Shown: positions 9,163-17,615 of the stretch, piece after piece | Position numbering within the stretch: position 1 is the first letter of the stretch | Layout of the letters: each line of letters opens with the position of its first letter | Assembly (NCBI GenBank): GCA_965657355.1 | Contig: CBFHOE010000001.1 | Span: 556,434 to 575,605 of the forward strand | DNA length: 19,172 nt | Source of the DNA: Limisphaerales bacterium | Lineage (GTDB): Bacteria; Verrucomicrobiota; Verrucomicrobiia; Limisphaerales; JAJOIW01 | Direction of reading: 5' to 3' | Program-made: the position numbers and the translations under genes | Notes under the pieces: model-generated | The model's database searches: none | Told to the model about the DNA's origin: nothing | Seen by the model: the letters and a program-made list of their open reading frames with translations, nothing else

Positions 9163-10230
9163 TCACTTTTTGGAAGAAGGACTAACGGACAACTCAGCAA
9201 CCTTTTCTGAAAAAGGACCAACGTTGTCTTTGCGCACTTCGATTATGGGTATCTCAAGATAGGCATTTTCAGGTAAAATCCCCTCTTCTTCTCGAGCGAG
9301 ACCAGCGAGAATCCTCACGCTATCGTATCCGTATTGGAATGGTTGCTGACTGATAGTGCCGTAGACATCTCCTTCTTTAATACCATCTAAGGTAGATTTA
9401 TTCTCATCAAAACTAACCAAAGCAATTTCTCCTACTTTACCTGCTTGCCGAACAGCCTGAAGGCAATTAGGGATGTTGTAAGCAAACAAGCCAACCATGC
9501 AGGCAATATCCGGCATGCTATTAATGGTATCCTGAGCGTTGGCCATAGCCCTGTCCGGTAAAAATCCATCTGTTCTCGTGCCAACAATAGAGTATTTTTC
9601 ATTGGACACTATTTCATCAACCGGTGTTTCAACCATATCCAATCCTGATTGCATGGGTTTGTCGAGAATTTCGTCAATCACACCTTGACGTCTTTGACGT
9701 GCATTGAGTTGGTCCATACGGCCAACGTAAAGCATCACCTTACCACCATTAGGTATGGCTTCTTTAACGAGTTTTCCTGCTGATCTGCCAGCTTTGTAAT
9801 TGTCCATGCCTATGAAGCATAGACGATTGCTTTCAGGCGCATCAGAGTCATGTGTTATCAGTCTAGTTTGCTTGGCTATTTTATTTAAAAAATCGTTTTG
9901 TGCCTCTGGTTTGATCGGGCTTATTGCTACCCCGTCTACATCGAGTATGAGCTGGGTTTCCAAATATTGTATCTGCTCCTGAATATTTGCATTTGGAGGC
10001 ATGTAGACTTCAACATTGACATCAAACTCCTTAGCAGCTGCGAGAGCCCCATTTTCAGCAATATTCCAGAAAGGATCGACCCCATTGGTCACGTATACTA
10101 CTTTAATTGGTTTTGAGTCACCAGAGCCCGATGAGCCCTCATCATTATCAGAAGATCCACCCCCGCAAGCGCTTATAAACGCCAGTAATGTGGACATACA
10201 TATCAATTTAAACAATTTGGTTGGAGTCAT
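9163..10230 (-). CDS. Sugar ABC transporter substrate-binding lipoprotein (RbsB-like, PBP type 1)
   Basis: Probable start at ATG 10230 (MTPTKLF...) gives a signal peptide with lipobox ISA-C and a G/S/D linker. Motifs TNGVDPFW, ITHDSD, GMDNYKAG, VSFD and QQPFQYGY. Confidence 0.9.
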   Translation of the reverse strand: MTPTKLFKLICMSTLLAFISACGGGSSDNDEGSSGSGDSKPIKVVYVTNGVDPFWNIAENGALAAAKEFDVNVEVYMPPNANIQEQIQYLETQLILDVDGVAISPIKPEAQNDFLNKIAKQTRLITHDSDAPESNRLCFIGMDNYKAGRSAGKLVKEAIPNGGKVMLYVGRMDQLNARQRRQGVIDEILDKPMQSGLDMVETPVDEIVSNEKYSIVGTRTDGFLPDRAMANAQDTINSMPDIACMVGLFAYNIPNCLQAVRQAGKVGEIALVSFDENKSTLDGIKEGDVYGTISQQPFQYGYDSVRILAGLAREEEGILPENAYLEIPIIEVRKDNVGPFSEKVAELSVSPSSKK

Positions 10231-10264
10231 TCGTAAAGGATATTGATCTATTTTGTTAAGAAAA

Positions 10265-11038
10265 TCAAGCAACAGTCAGGCCCCCGTTAACACATATATT
10301 TTGGCCTACAACAAAGGACGATGATTCACTCGCCAAAAAAGTGACCACTCCGTCCAGATCTGAGGGAACACCCCACCTTCCGGCTGGGACAGTTGGTAAA
10401 TAGGCATCCTTCCATTCCTGAGGTTCTTTCTCATGCCTTTCAACTGGAATCCATCCCGGACTGACCATATTCACGGTGATTCCAAATGGGGCGAGTTCTC
10501 TTGCCATGCTTCTTGTCCAACCATTTTGCCCCCCTTTTGCCGCTACGTAGGCACTGAATTCGGGAACTCCTAGCTGGAAGACTTCGGATCCAATATTTAT
10601 GATCCTCCCCCATTTTTTCTTTTTCATGGAAGGAAGAATGGCTCGAGTGATCAAGAATGGAGATTTGATGAAAAAATCGAGCATTGATTGATAGAAATCC
10701 CACGAATAATCCTCAATACTACAGTGTGGTTGGTCTGGAGTTGCGTTGAAGACGACGATATCAACGCTTCCTAAATCATCCTCTATGTTCTTAATGAGCT
10801 TATTGACATCATCTTCATCAATGATGTTGGCTTTAAAGAGACTTCCCGAACACCCTAGATCTGAAAACTCTTGAAAAGCTTTCTCGGCCCGATCCTTGTT
10901 GTTGTTATAATTCAAGGCCACTTTGGCACCAGCCTTTCCAAGGGCTTGAGCCATAGCTTTTCCCAGCCCAGTGGTGCTTCCCGTAACAAGTGCTACCTTT
11001 CCTTCCAATGAAAAATTGTGCGTTAAAGATTCTGGCAT
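10265..11038 (-). CDS. Short-chain dehydrogenase/reductase (FabG-like SDR), 257 aa
   Basis: TGSTTGLG Rossmann motif, catalytic YVAAK and ITVNMVSPG. Confidence 0.92.
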   Translation of the reverse strand: MPESLTHNFSLEGKVALVTGSTTGLGKAMAQALGKAGAKVALNYNNNKDRAEKAFQEFSDLGCSGSLFKANIIDEDDVNKLIKNIEDDLGSVDIVVFNATPDQPHCSIEDYSWDFYQSMLDFFIKSPFLITRAILPSMKKKKWGRIINIGSEVFQLGVPEFSAYVAAKGGQNGWTRSMARELAPFGITVNMVSPGWIPVERHEKEPQEWKDAYLPTVPAGRWGVPSDLDGVVTFLASESSSFVVGQNICVNGGLTVA

Positions 11039-11115
11039 CCTAATATATCAAATAGTTAAAGACTTGGGTCTCATCCAAAATGCATCATCCGAACTGAATT
11101 AGAAAGAATCTTCCG

Positions 11116-12327
11116 TTATTCGATTCTTCTCTTGAGATCTAATTTGCAAAAAGCAGGTCGCAAAATGAAAGATGAAGCAAATATGATTAATATCCCAGAG
11201 ATGATGGATATACTAGAATAGCTCATGAAGCTCAAGAGCCAGAAGCCTAAAAATGGAGAACAAAATCCTCTAACCCCTGTGAGAAATGTGTGAACTGACA
11301 TATAATCGGCTGCGCGTCCACTTGGAGCGAGACGGGTTACCCAGAGATTCCAAGCAACATCCCCCCCCGAATGAGCAATACCAAAAATTATTCCAGCCAA
11401 AATGAGTCCCCATATACTTTTCATCTGAAAGAAAAGGAGAATATGTGCGGCGTAGAATAAATTTAAAAAAATACGAAGCCGGAACAGGCTAATCTTATCG
11501 AATAGCCCCCCCCAAAATGGCACAAAAAGAAGCCTAACAACACTAGGTACCACGGCCAGAATAAAAGTCACAATTTCTGCGCTCAACCAGTAACCATTTT
11601 CTGCATCAGACAAATACTGAACCCGAAGAGGTAGCATCATAAGGTTTCCGCACCCCATGATCATCCAAGAAACCAAAGTCCAAAGAAACAGTGGATCCTT
11701 TTTCAACCAATGGAAACCCGACAATGGCGAATGAACCTCATTTCTTTCGAGGTGATATTCGGGGTATTTGGAAAGAAAAAATGCAACCAACAGATAGCTT
11801 AAGCAAAAAAACAAAATTACATAAGGCCATAAGTCGATACTTAATTTTAGGATGAGACCAGCGAGAAAACTCACGAGAGACACCGTAATAATACGTATCA
11901 TTATTACTCTTGAAAATAATCTCCCTCTAATTTCGCTTGGAAAGAATTTCTGATGGTAGGAACTTATCAATGGTATATTCGCGGAGGAGCATGTCATTGC
12001 GCAGACTCCCAAGAATGCAAAAACGGTGGGCGTCCTAAATAAAAACATCATTAAAAAAAATGCGGCACCAATTAAGGATATTCTCTGAGCTACAAGAGAA
12101 ATGTTTGTCCTCTGAGTTTGAACCCAATAAACGAGCAGTGGTCCAACAAGTAATCCCAAACTGCCTGCCGTCGCAATAAGGCTTTTAAAGCCTTCGGAAA
12201 ATTCAAAATACCGAACGCCAATAAGCAGTAGAATGGTCATGCCAGCAGACTCGATCGCGCCTGCCCCGGCTGATCTCCAGCATTCCAATCTAAAGACTGA
12301 TTTTGTGTTTTTCGGAAGTTGCCTCAT
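11116..12327 (-). CDS. Major facilitator superfamily transporter, 403 aa
   Basis: About 12 hydrophobic segments, with MFS-like FPSEIRGR, WGGLFDK and APSGRAADY...GVRG. Confidence 0.85.
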   Translation of the reverse strand: MRQLPKNTKSVFRLECWRSAGAGAIESAGMTILLLIGVRYFEFSEGFKSLIATAGSLGLLVGPLLVYWVQTQRTNISLVAQRISLIGAAFFLMMFLFRTPTVFAFLGVCAMTCSSANIPLISSYHQKFFPSEIRGRLFSRVIMIRIITVSLVSFLAGLILKLSIDLWPYVILFFCLSYLLVAFFLSKYPEYHLERNEVHSPLSGFHWLKKDPLFLWTLVSWMIMGCGNLMMLPLRVQYLSDAENGYWLSAEIVTFILAVVPSVVRLLFVPFWGGLFDKISLFRLRIFLNLFYAAHILLFFQMKSIWGLILAGIIFGIAHSGGDVAWNLWVTRLAPSGRAADYMSVHTFLTGVRGFCSPFLGFWLLSFMSYSSISIISGILIIFASSFILRPAFCKLDLKRRIE

Positions 12328-12401
12328 CCAATCAATAATAGGTTTTTCACCTTATCTTGTTTTTGAATGAGGTAAAAGCATCCTTAGAAAATCGCCCGGT
12401 A

Positions 12402-14558
12402 TTATTGGCAAATGGGTAATACCGCAACAATTTCGTGTTGGTTCTCAGCGGGTGTTCTTCTTATAAAGATCCCACCATAGTGTCCTTCAATGATGCTCTT
12501 TGCCAAGGTTAATCCGAGACCTAGGCCGGCTGGACGAGTTGAAAAAAATGGCTCAAAAGCTTTGTCGAGGGCTAGCTCCTCGAATCCATCCCCCATGTCC
12601 CTGACTATAATTTCAAGTCTTTTCGGTTCATTCGGCTTGAAGTGATTTCTGACTTTGACTAAAAATTGAGGATTATTCTTATTGGCCTGCAAAGCATTTA
12701 GAAAAATTTCACTGAGTGCAAATCTTAGTGCCACTTCCTCCATTTGAATGAATGAAAGATCACATTCTTCAATCAATTCAAATCTGGAATTGGGATCACC
12801 AAAGAAATCCGCAGCTTCTTCAAACGATGTCTCGATAATTTTTTTCCACTGGACCTTGTCGGATAGGTCAAATTGTTTCCGAGCCATATAGGATAGCTGC
12901 CTAGAAAATCTTGTAAATTTTTCGACCCCAGAGTCTGTTACTTCTGCAAGAGTTTCCTGGAAATCCTCATCAAAATGCCCTTGTTGTAGCAACTGAGAGT
13001 GAGTTGACAACGGCACGAGTGAATAATGGATTTGACGAGCTAATTTGTCGTAAATACGGCTATATTTTTTGTCAAAGGCATCGGTGACATCCCTTGTAGC
13101 AATTTGTGTTTTACCGTCAGATTCCGATGAAGCCTGAGGGGGTATTGGGACTTTAGGGGCAGGATCCACCGTGATAGATTCGTTCCCTTCCCCAATTTCC
13201 TTTACTTCTTCGACGATTAGGCCTGCCTTTTCAATGGTTTCAAGTCCGTCAGGAAAATTAAACGACTTACTTTTCAAAAGTATTTCATCGTTTTTTGGGT
13301 GCCTAAACAATGTCGCCTGCTTTTCTATCCGCCCCTCGAATAATGATTGCAGCTGTTCCTGCATCACAGATGGAAGATTTTCAGTCGATGAATCTGGTAA
13401 GCTAGAATTTTTTAAATTAAATAAAGATCTGGCCTTTTTATTTGCCATTATAATTTTCCCATCCCGATCAACCAAAATGTATCCGGAGGGCATCTCCTCA
13501 CAGGAAGAAAGTATGAATTTCTCGGTAGGTGTCGAGCCATTATTAGCATTCGCTGAGCCCCTGGATTCCGTACTAGTTATAGCCTGGGATTCTATCTCGG
13601 AGACTAATAATTCATTAGTAGTTGCAGTATTTGAACTTTGATTATTGGTTGGAGTTCGCAGATACAGACCAAGATTTTCCAGAAGAAAATACAGCAACAT
13701 TAATTCTTGCCTGTCAATAATTCCGCCAGTAATACGACTGCCAACGAGAACGACCCCCATTAAATTATTCTCGGCCATTATGGGAATGGCGGCCTCGGCC
13801 GCAAGAATACTGAATACATTCCCAATCTGCTCATTTCTCTGGGCATCGAGACTTTCAGATTGCACGATTTGGCCGTGCTCGACCAAATGACTCCCCAATC
13901 CTTCGTCCGCTGAGAGATTAATTTTATCAAGCGTCTCTTTTCCTACGCCGTAAGACAATTCCAGAGTCCATTTTTTAGAATCCTCTGCATCAGGTTGCAG
14001 CAAGTAGACAACTACTTTTCTGAAGCCTGTCATCTCTCTGAGAAGCGATACTGTTTTTACGCATGCCGCTTCTTTTGAGTTAGCTAAGCGTGGGACTTCG
14101 ATAAAATTACGAGCAACCTGCAGTAAACGATGTTCCGTGTCTTTAGCAATGTTTTGTCTTTGATCGTCAGCATTAGGTGCAATGAAATTATTAGTAGATG
14201 ATCTGAGAGTTCTAGTGATGAGTTCAGCAACCAAGTCACCTCGAATCGGCTTTTCTATGACATATTGGACCCCAGCAAGTATTGCCTCTGATTCCAAATC
14301 TTTAAACCGCTTATCAGCGACGAGGAAAATTGGAATGCTTTTGGATATTGAAGTAATATCCTTTAATTCGACCATCGGTTTTTCGTGGAAATAATCACTA
14401 TCCAAAAAAGCCAGGTCGACACCTCCAGCTGTCGATAAAAGAAGCTTAGCCCGACCGAGGTCGGATTCTCTTATAAAAAGAGCCGGAAATTTGCCCAACG
14501 ATTGTTGTAAATCGTAAGCAAGCTCTTCTTCTCGAGAAATGATTAAAATCTTCTTCAT
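12402..14558 (-). CDS. Hybrid sensor histidine kinase-like protein (REC-GAF-PAS-HisKA-like-HATPase), 718 aa, with atypical H-box
   Basis: N-terminal receiver (KKILII, LAFLD, VIEKP), GAF-like (AAIPI...LMGVVLVG), PAS-like (GYILVDRDGKIIMANKKA) and HATPase boxes (EIFLNALQA, RDMGDGF, FEPFFSTR, GLGLGL). No transmembrane segment is evident. Confidence 0.85.
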   Translation of the reverse strand: MKKILIISREEELAYDLQQSLGKFPALFIRESDLGRAKLLLSTAGGVDLAFLDSDYFHEKPMVELKDITSISKSIPIFLVADKRFKDLESEAILAGVQYVIEKPIRGDLVAELITRTLRSSTNNFIAPNADDQRQNIAKDTEHRLLQVARNFIEVPRLANSKEAACVKTVSLLREMTGFRKVVVYLLQPDAEDSKKWTLELSYGVGKETLDKINLSADEGLGSHLVEHGQIVQSESLDAQRNEQIGNVFSILAAEAAIPIMAENNLMGVVLVGSRITGGIIDRQELMLLYFLLENLGLYLRTPTNNQSSNTATTNELLVSEIESQAITSTESRGSANANNGSTPTEKFILSSCEEMPSGYILVDRDGKIIMANKKARSLFNLKNSSLPDSSTENLPSVMQEQLQSLFEGRIEKQATLFRHPKNDEILLKSKSFNFPDGLETIEKAGLIVEEVKEIGEGNESITVDPAPKVPIPPQASSESDGKTQIATRDVTDAFDKKYSRIYDKLARQIHYSLVPLSTHSQLLQQGHFDEDFQETLAEVTDSGVEKFTRFSRQLSYMARKQFDLSDKVQWKKIIETSFEEAADFFGDPNSRFELIEECDLSFIQMEEVALRFALSEIFLNALQANKNNPQFLVKVRNHFKPNEPKRLEIIVRDMGDGFEELALDKAFEPFFSTRPAGLGLGLTLAKSIIEGHYGGIFIRRTPAENQHEIVAVLPICQ

Positions 14559-14678
14559 TCTTAGTTTTGGCTACTCCGCTATTTATGAGATGTCTTGATT
14601 TTTTCCTTCTAGATCTGCAATCTTTTGTATTGTGATTAGGTCGTCCATATAATTTGGATTTTGTTTATCCCAGATAAG

Positions 14679-14705
14679 CAATCGACAAAAAATGAGACAA
14701 CCTGA
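14679..14705 (-). promoter_or_regulatory. Candidate sigma28-type promoter upstream of the hybrid kinase
   Basis: Minus strand reads TCAGG-N14-GTCGATTG, against the sigma28 consensus T(A/C)AAG-N14-GCCGATAA. Spacing is exact. Confidence 0.45.
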
Positions 14706-14774
14706 AAAAGCCTGTCTATTTTTGAGGCACTTTTAAGCTAATTCTCTAAAATGTTTCAGGTATAATGACGAAAA

Positions 14775-15527
14775 ATGATGCAGCATGACGAAAAAAAAGT
14801 GGGTGGTAGAGAGCTATTGATCACCATCCTGATGAGTTATGCTTTTCTAACCTTATTAGCTGCAACAATTTCAGAAATCCCCCTGATAAAGGAATCGCCA
14901 AATAACAAAATTCTCCAAAATACGGTTGGAACCATTAGTTTTCAGTGCACATTTCTTTGTTCTTCTATTATATCGGTATTTTATCTAAGAATGCCAAGTT
15001 TGTCAGCATTGGGAATCACACAAGGGTCATGGATTAAGGTCATTTCTTGGACTATTTCAACTGCTCTTGTAGCCATTTTATTATGTTATTCGTCGAATGC
15101 GTTACTCCATAACCTATTGGTTGATAACGAGATAGCACCAACCCAGCAGGAGGCCGTTAAGGATATTCAGAAAATACAAAGCGATTCTGTTTTGTTTCTA
15201 CTGTTTTTTACAACAGTGATCTTAGCTCCCGTATCAGAGGAATTATTTTTTCGCTGTGTTCTATTTCATACCATAAAAAAAAATGGTCAGTGGTTTGCAT
15301 ACGTTTTCATTTCACTGATTTTCGCTGTCCTTCATATGCAGGCTCCCCAGAGCGAAGGGATGAAGGGAATTATTGGAGCTGCCATAACCACTATCCCCTT
15401 CGTGTTACTTTCGAGCCTCCTTTTTACTGTTTATAGAATTACAAAAAATATTTTAGCTCCTATTGGATGCCATATACTTTTTAACTTAACGGGATTTTTA
15501 ATAGCACGAGGGTATTTCCTAATATGA
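14775..15527 (+). CDS. CPBP family intramembrane metalloprotease (type II CAAX/Abi), 250 aa
   Basis: APVSEELFFR, FAVLH and PIGCHILFN motifs in a multi-TM protein. Confidence 0.88.
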   Translation: MMQHDEKKVGGRELLITILMSYAFLTLLAATISEIPLIKESPNNKILQNTVGTISFQCTFLCSSIISVFYLRMPSLSALGITQGSWIKVISWTISTALVAILLCYSSNALLHNLLVDNEIAPTQQEAVKDIQKIQSDSVLFLLFFTTVILAPVSEELFFRCVLFHTIKKNGQWFAYVFISLIFAVLHMQAPQSEGMKGIIGAAITTIPFVLLSSLLFTVYRITKNILAPIGCHILFNLTGFLIARGYFLI

Positions 15528-16477
15528 ATGAAAAAGATCTTATCCACCTCATAACTGAGAATTTAAGCACCCATGAAAGGGTTGACGTGGGACCTGGCGA
15601 CGATTGCGCCGTTGTTAGTGTGCCCAGTCGCTTTAAAAATCCCAAGTGCGTATTAAAGGTGGATACTATCGTGGAGGGGGTTCATTTTGAGTCGGTGGCA
15701 GACCCTAAAAGAGTTGGGCGCAAAGCCATAGGAAGACCTCTTAGCGATTTTGCGGCGATGGGGACATTACCTGACTCGGCATTGGTCTCACTTTCACTGG
15801 AATCCCCAGTTGATGCCAATTGGGTCGTATCCTTTTACAATGGCTTAAAGGAGTTAGCTGAAGAATTTTCTATCGTCATAGTAGGTGGGGAAACCACAAG
15901 TTTGCCCAAAGGAAAAGTTATTTCCGTAACTGTTGCTGGGCACACCGAGGAAAACAAGTATATACCTAGATCTGGAGCGAGGGAGGGCGATGCCATTTTC
16001 GTTACCGGCGAATTGGGCGGTTCTCTCGGCGGTAAGCATCTAGATTTCACCCCAAGAATAAAAGAAGGTAATTGGCTGCGTGAAAATTTTGATATCCATG
16101 GAATGATGGATCTCAGCGATGGCCTTGGATCAGATTTAACGACTCTTTTAGAAAGCTCAGCGCTCGGAGCTGATTTACTTAAATCTGCAATACCTATCAG
16201 CAAAGCAGCCAAAGAAAGAGTACGTGATGGAATGTCTACAAAAACACCACTTGAAGCTTCTATGACCGATGGCGAGGATTACGAACTGCTCTTTACTCTT
16301 CCCCCATCTCAAGCCGTCAAGCTAAAGGATAGCTGGAAAGCCGTATTCCCTGAAGTTCGGATTAGTTGTATTGGCAAGACTTCGGGAGCTCAAGGCCTTC
16401 GATTACAAACTGAGCAAGGGTTTGAAATTTTAAGAAAAAAAGGGTTTGATCATTTTAATGATCAAACCGAAAATTGA
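15524..16477 (+). CDS. thiL: Thiamine-monophosphate kinase
   Basis: GDDCAVV, DTIVEGVHF, LSDFAAMG, GGET, MMDLSDGL and GEDYELLF. ATGA overlap with the upstream gene. Confidence 0.93.
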   Translation: MNEKDLIHLITENLSTHERVDVGPGDDCAVVSVPSRFKNPKCVLKVDTIVEGVHFESVADPKRVGRKAIGRPLSDFAAMGTLPDSALVSLSLESPVDANWVVSFYNGLKELAEEFSIVIVGGETTSLPKGKVISVTVAGHTEENKYIPRSGAREGDAIFVTGELGGSLGGKHLDFTPRIKEGNWLRENFDIHGMMDLSDGLGSDLTTLLESSALGADLLKSAIPISKAAKERVRDGMSTKTPLEASMTDGEDYELLFTLPPSQAVKLKDSWKAVFPEVRISCIGKTSGAQGLRLQTEQGFEILRKKGFDHFNDQTEN

Positions 16478-16513
16478 TTGGTATTCACCAGAAACTAATA
16501 TGTGGATTATTTT

Positions 16514-17518
16514 CTAATTTGACCCAGGAAATGCTTCTGGGGCTTTTGCGATATCTTTACTTAACTCGCCTGTGAGAGTTTTGAGAAAAGTCTCTATTTC
16601 TTTGGCATCTTTATCGGGTATTTCCCTGCCCAGTTGATGTTTTCCCATCATTTTAATGGCTTCGATCAAAGTATCAGCTGATCCGTCATGAAAATAAGGA
16701 CCCGTTTTTTCGATATTTCTTAAGCTTGGCACTTTGAACATCATTTTGTCTTCTGGTTTTTTGGTGAGTTGGAATCTTCCCTGATCTTTTTGGTTCGGCC
16801 ATGCTTTAGCCGATCCCAGTTTTTGATACATCATCCCACCGAGCAAGTTTCCAGAATGACATGCAACACAACCATTAGAGACAAATTTGGAGAGTCCAGA
16901 ATATTCCTCTTTGGTTAGAGCACTTTTCTCACCAGCAAGTGCCTTGTCGAATCTTGAAGGTGTAACGAAAAGTCGTTCGTATGCCCCAATGGCTTTTCCT
17001 ACATTGTCATACGTTAATGGGTTTTTTGAATTCGGGAATGCCTTCTGAAATAATTCAGGGTATCCATCAATACCTTTCAATTTTGCAACGACTGCTTCAG
17101 CTGATGGCATAGCCATCTCCCCTCCGGCAAGAATGGGTCCTTTGGCTTGTTCTTCAACGTCTTTCGCTCTGCCGTCCCAAAACTGGCTTACGTGCATGAA
17201 AGCATTGAAACTCGTTGGCGAGTTCCTTCCAGTTAGATGATTTTTGAATCCTGTGGAAAATTTGGTGCCATCGACTCCGAATTTGGTAGTGTCGTGGCAG
17301 GAATTGCACGATATGCTATTGTCTTTGCTGAGTCTCTTCTCAAAGTAGAGAAGTTTTCCTAGTTTAATGACACTTTGATCGACTTCAGAAAACGAATCCG
17401 GATTTATTTCCTCAAGCGGTTGCCCAAATATCCCGAGGAACTGGCTTCCGTCAATCTGTGCCATCAAGTTGCCAGAAACCAGCATTAAACTTAAAATAAA
17501 AATCTCTAATTTAAACAT
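16514..17518 (-). CDS. ccpA: Di-heme cytochrome c peroxidase (CcpA/MauG family, CcpA-type)
   Basis: Signal peptide, two heme motifs (CNSCH, CVACH), RNSPT, FWDGRA..VEEQA.GPI...EM, FKVPSLRNI..TGPYFHDG and MMGKHQLG. Confidence 0.88.
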   Translation of the reverse strand: MFKLEIFILSLMLVSGNLMAQIDGSQFLGIFGQPLEEINPDSFSEVDQSVIKLGKLLYFEKRLSKDNSISCNSCHDTTKFGVDGTKFSTGFKNHLTGRNSPTSFNAFMHVSQFWDGRAKDVEEQAKGPILAGGEMAMPSAEAVVAKLKGIDGYPELFQKAFPNSKNPLTYDNVGKAIGAYERLFVTPSRFDKALAGEKSALTKEEYSGLSKFVSNGCVACHSGNLLGGMMYQKLGSAKAWPNQKDQGRFQLTKKPEDKMMFKVPSLRNIEKTGPYFHDGSADTLIEAIKMMGKHQLGREIPDKDAKEIETFLKTLTGELSKDIAKAPEAFPGSN

Positions 17519-17524
17519 ACAGGC

Positions 17525-17552
17525 AATATATTACGTCTTGTAAGAATTTCAA
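17525..17552 (-). promoter_or_regulatory. Putative sigma70 promoter of ccpA, probably giving a leaderless transcript
   Basis: Minus strand reads TTGAAA-N16-TATATT, with only 6 nt to the ATG at 17518. Confidence 0.45.
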
Positions 17553-17615
17553 TGATTTTACCGAGAATTTGGTTTTTCGGCTAAATCGAATTGCATGCTT
17601 AATTTGGCAAATTTC

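Noticed and set aside
10231..10272. Longer N-terminus of the SBP given in the ORF track
   Set aside because: It uses a TTG start overlapping the SDR stop. ATG 10230 gives a proper lipoprotein signal peptide.
11042..11050. Extended -10 (TGATATATT) before the SDR gene
   Set aside because: It is only 3 nt from the ATG, too close to produce a transcript that includes the start codon.
14765..14798. Direct repeat ATGACGAAAAA twice plus an A8 tract at the CPBP start, as possible phase variation or frameshift
   Set aside because: The repeat is short and A-rich, the ORF is intact, and A8 runs are common at this base composition.
16514..17518. MauG or methanobactin-type MbnH assignment
   Set aside because: No mau/mbn context, and the C-terminal Met-containing region fits a classical CcpA.
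17574..17602. GCCGAAAA with upstream TTAAG as a sigma28 promoter for ccpA
   Set aside because: Spacing is N16 rather than N14, the site is part of a small hairpin after the fliA stop, and a sigma70-like promoter explains ccpA better.
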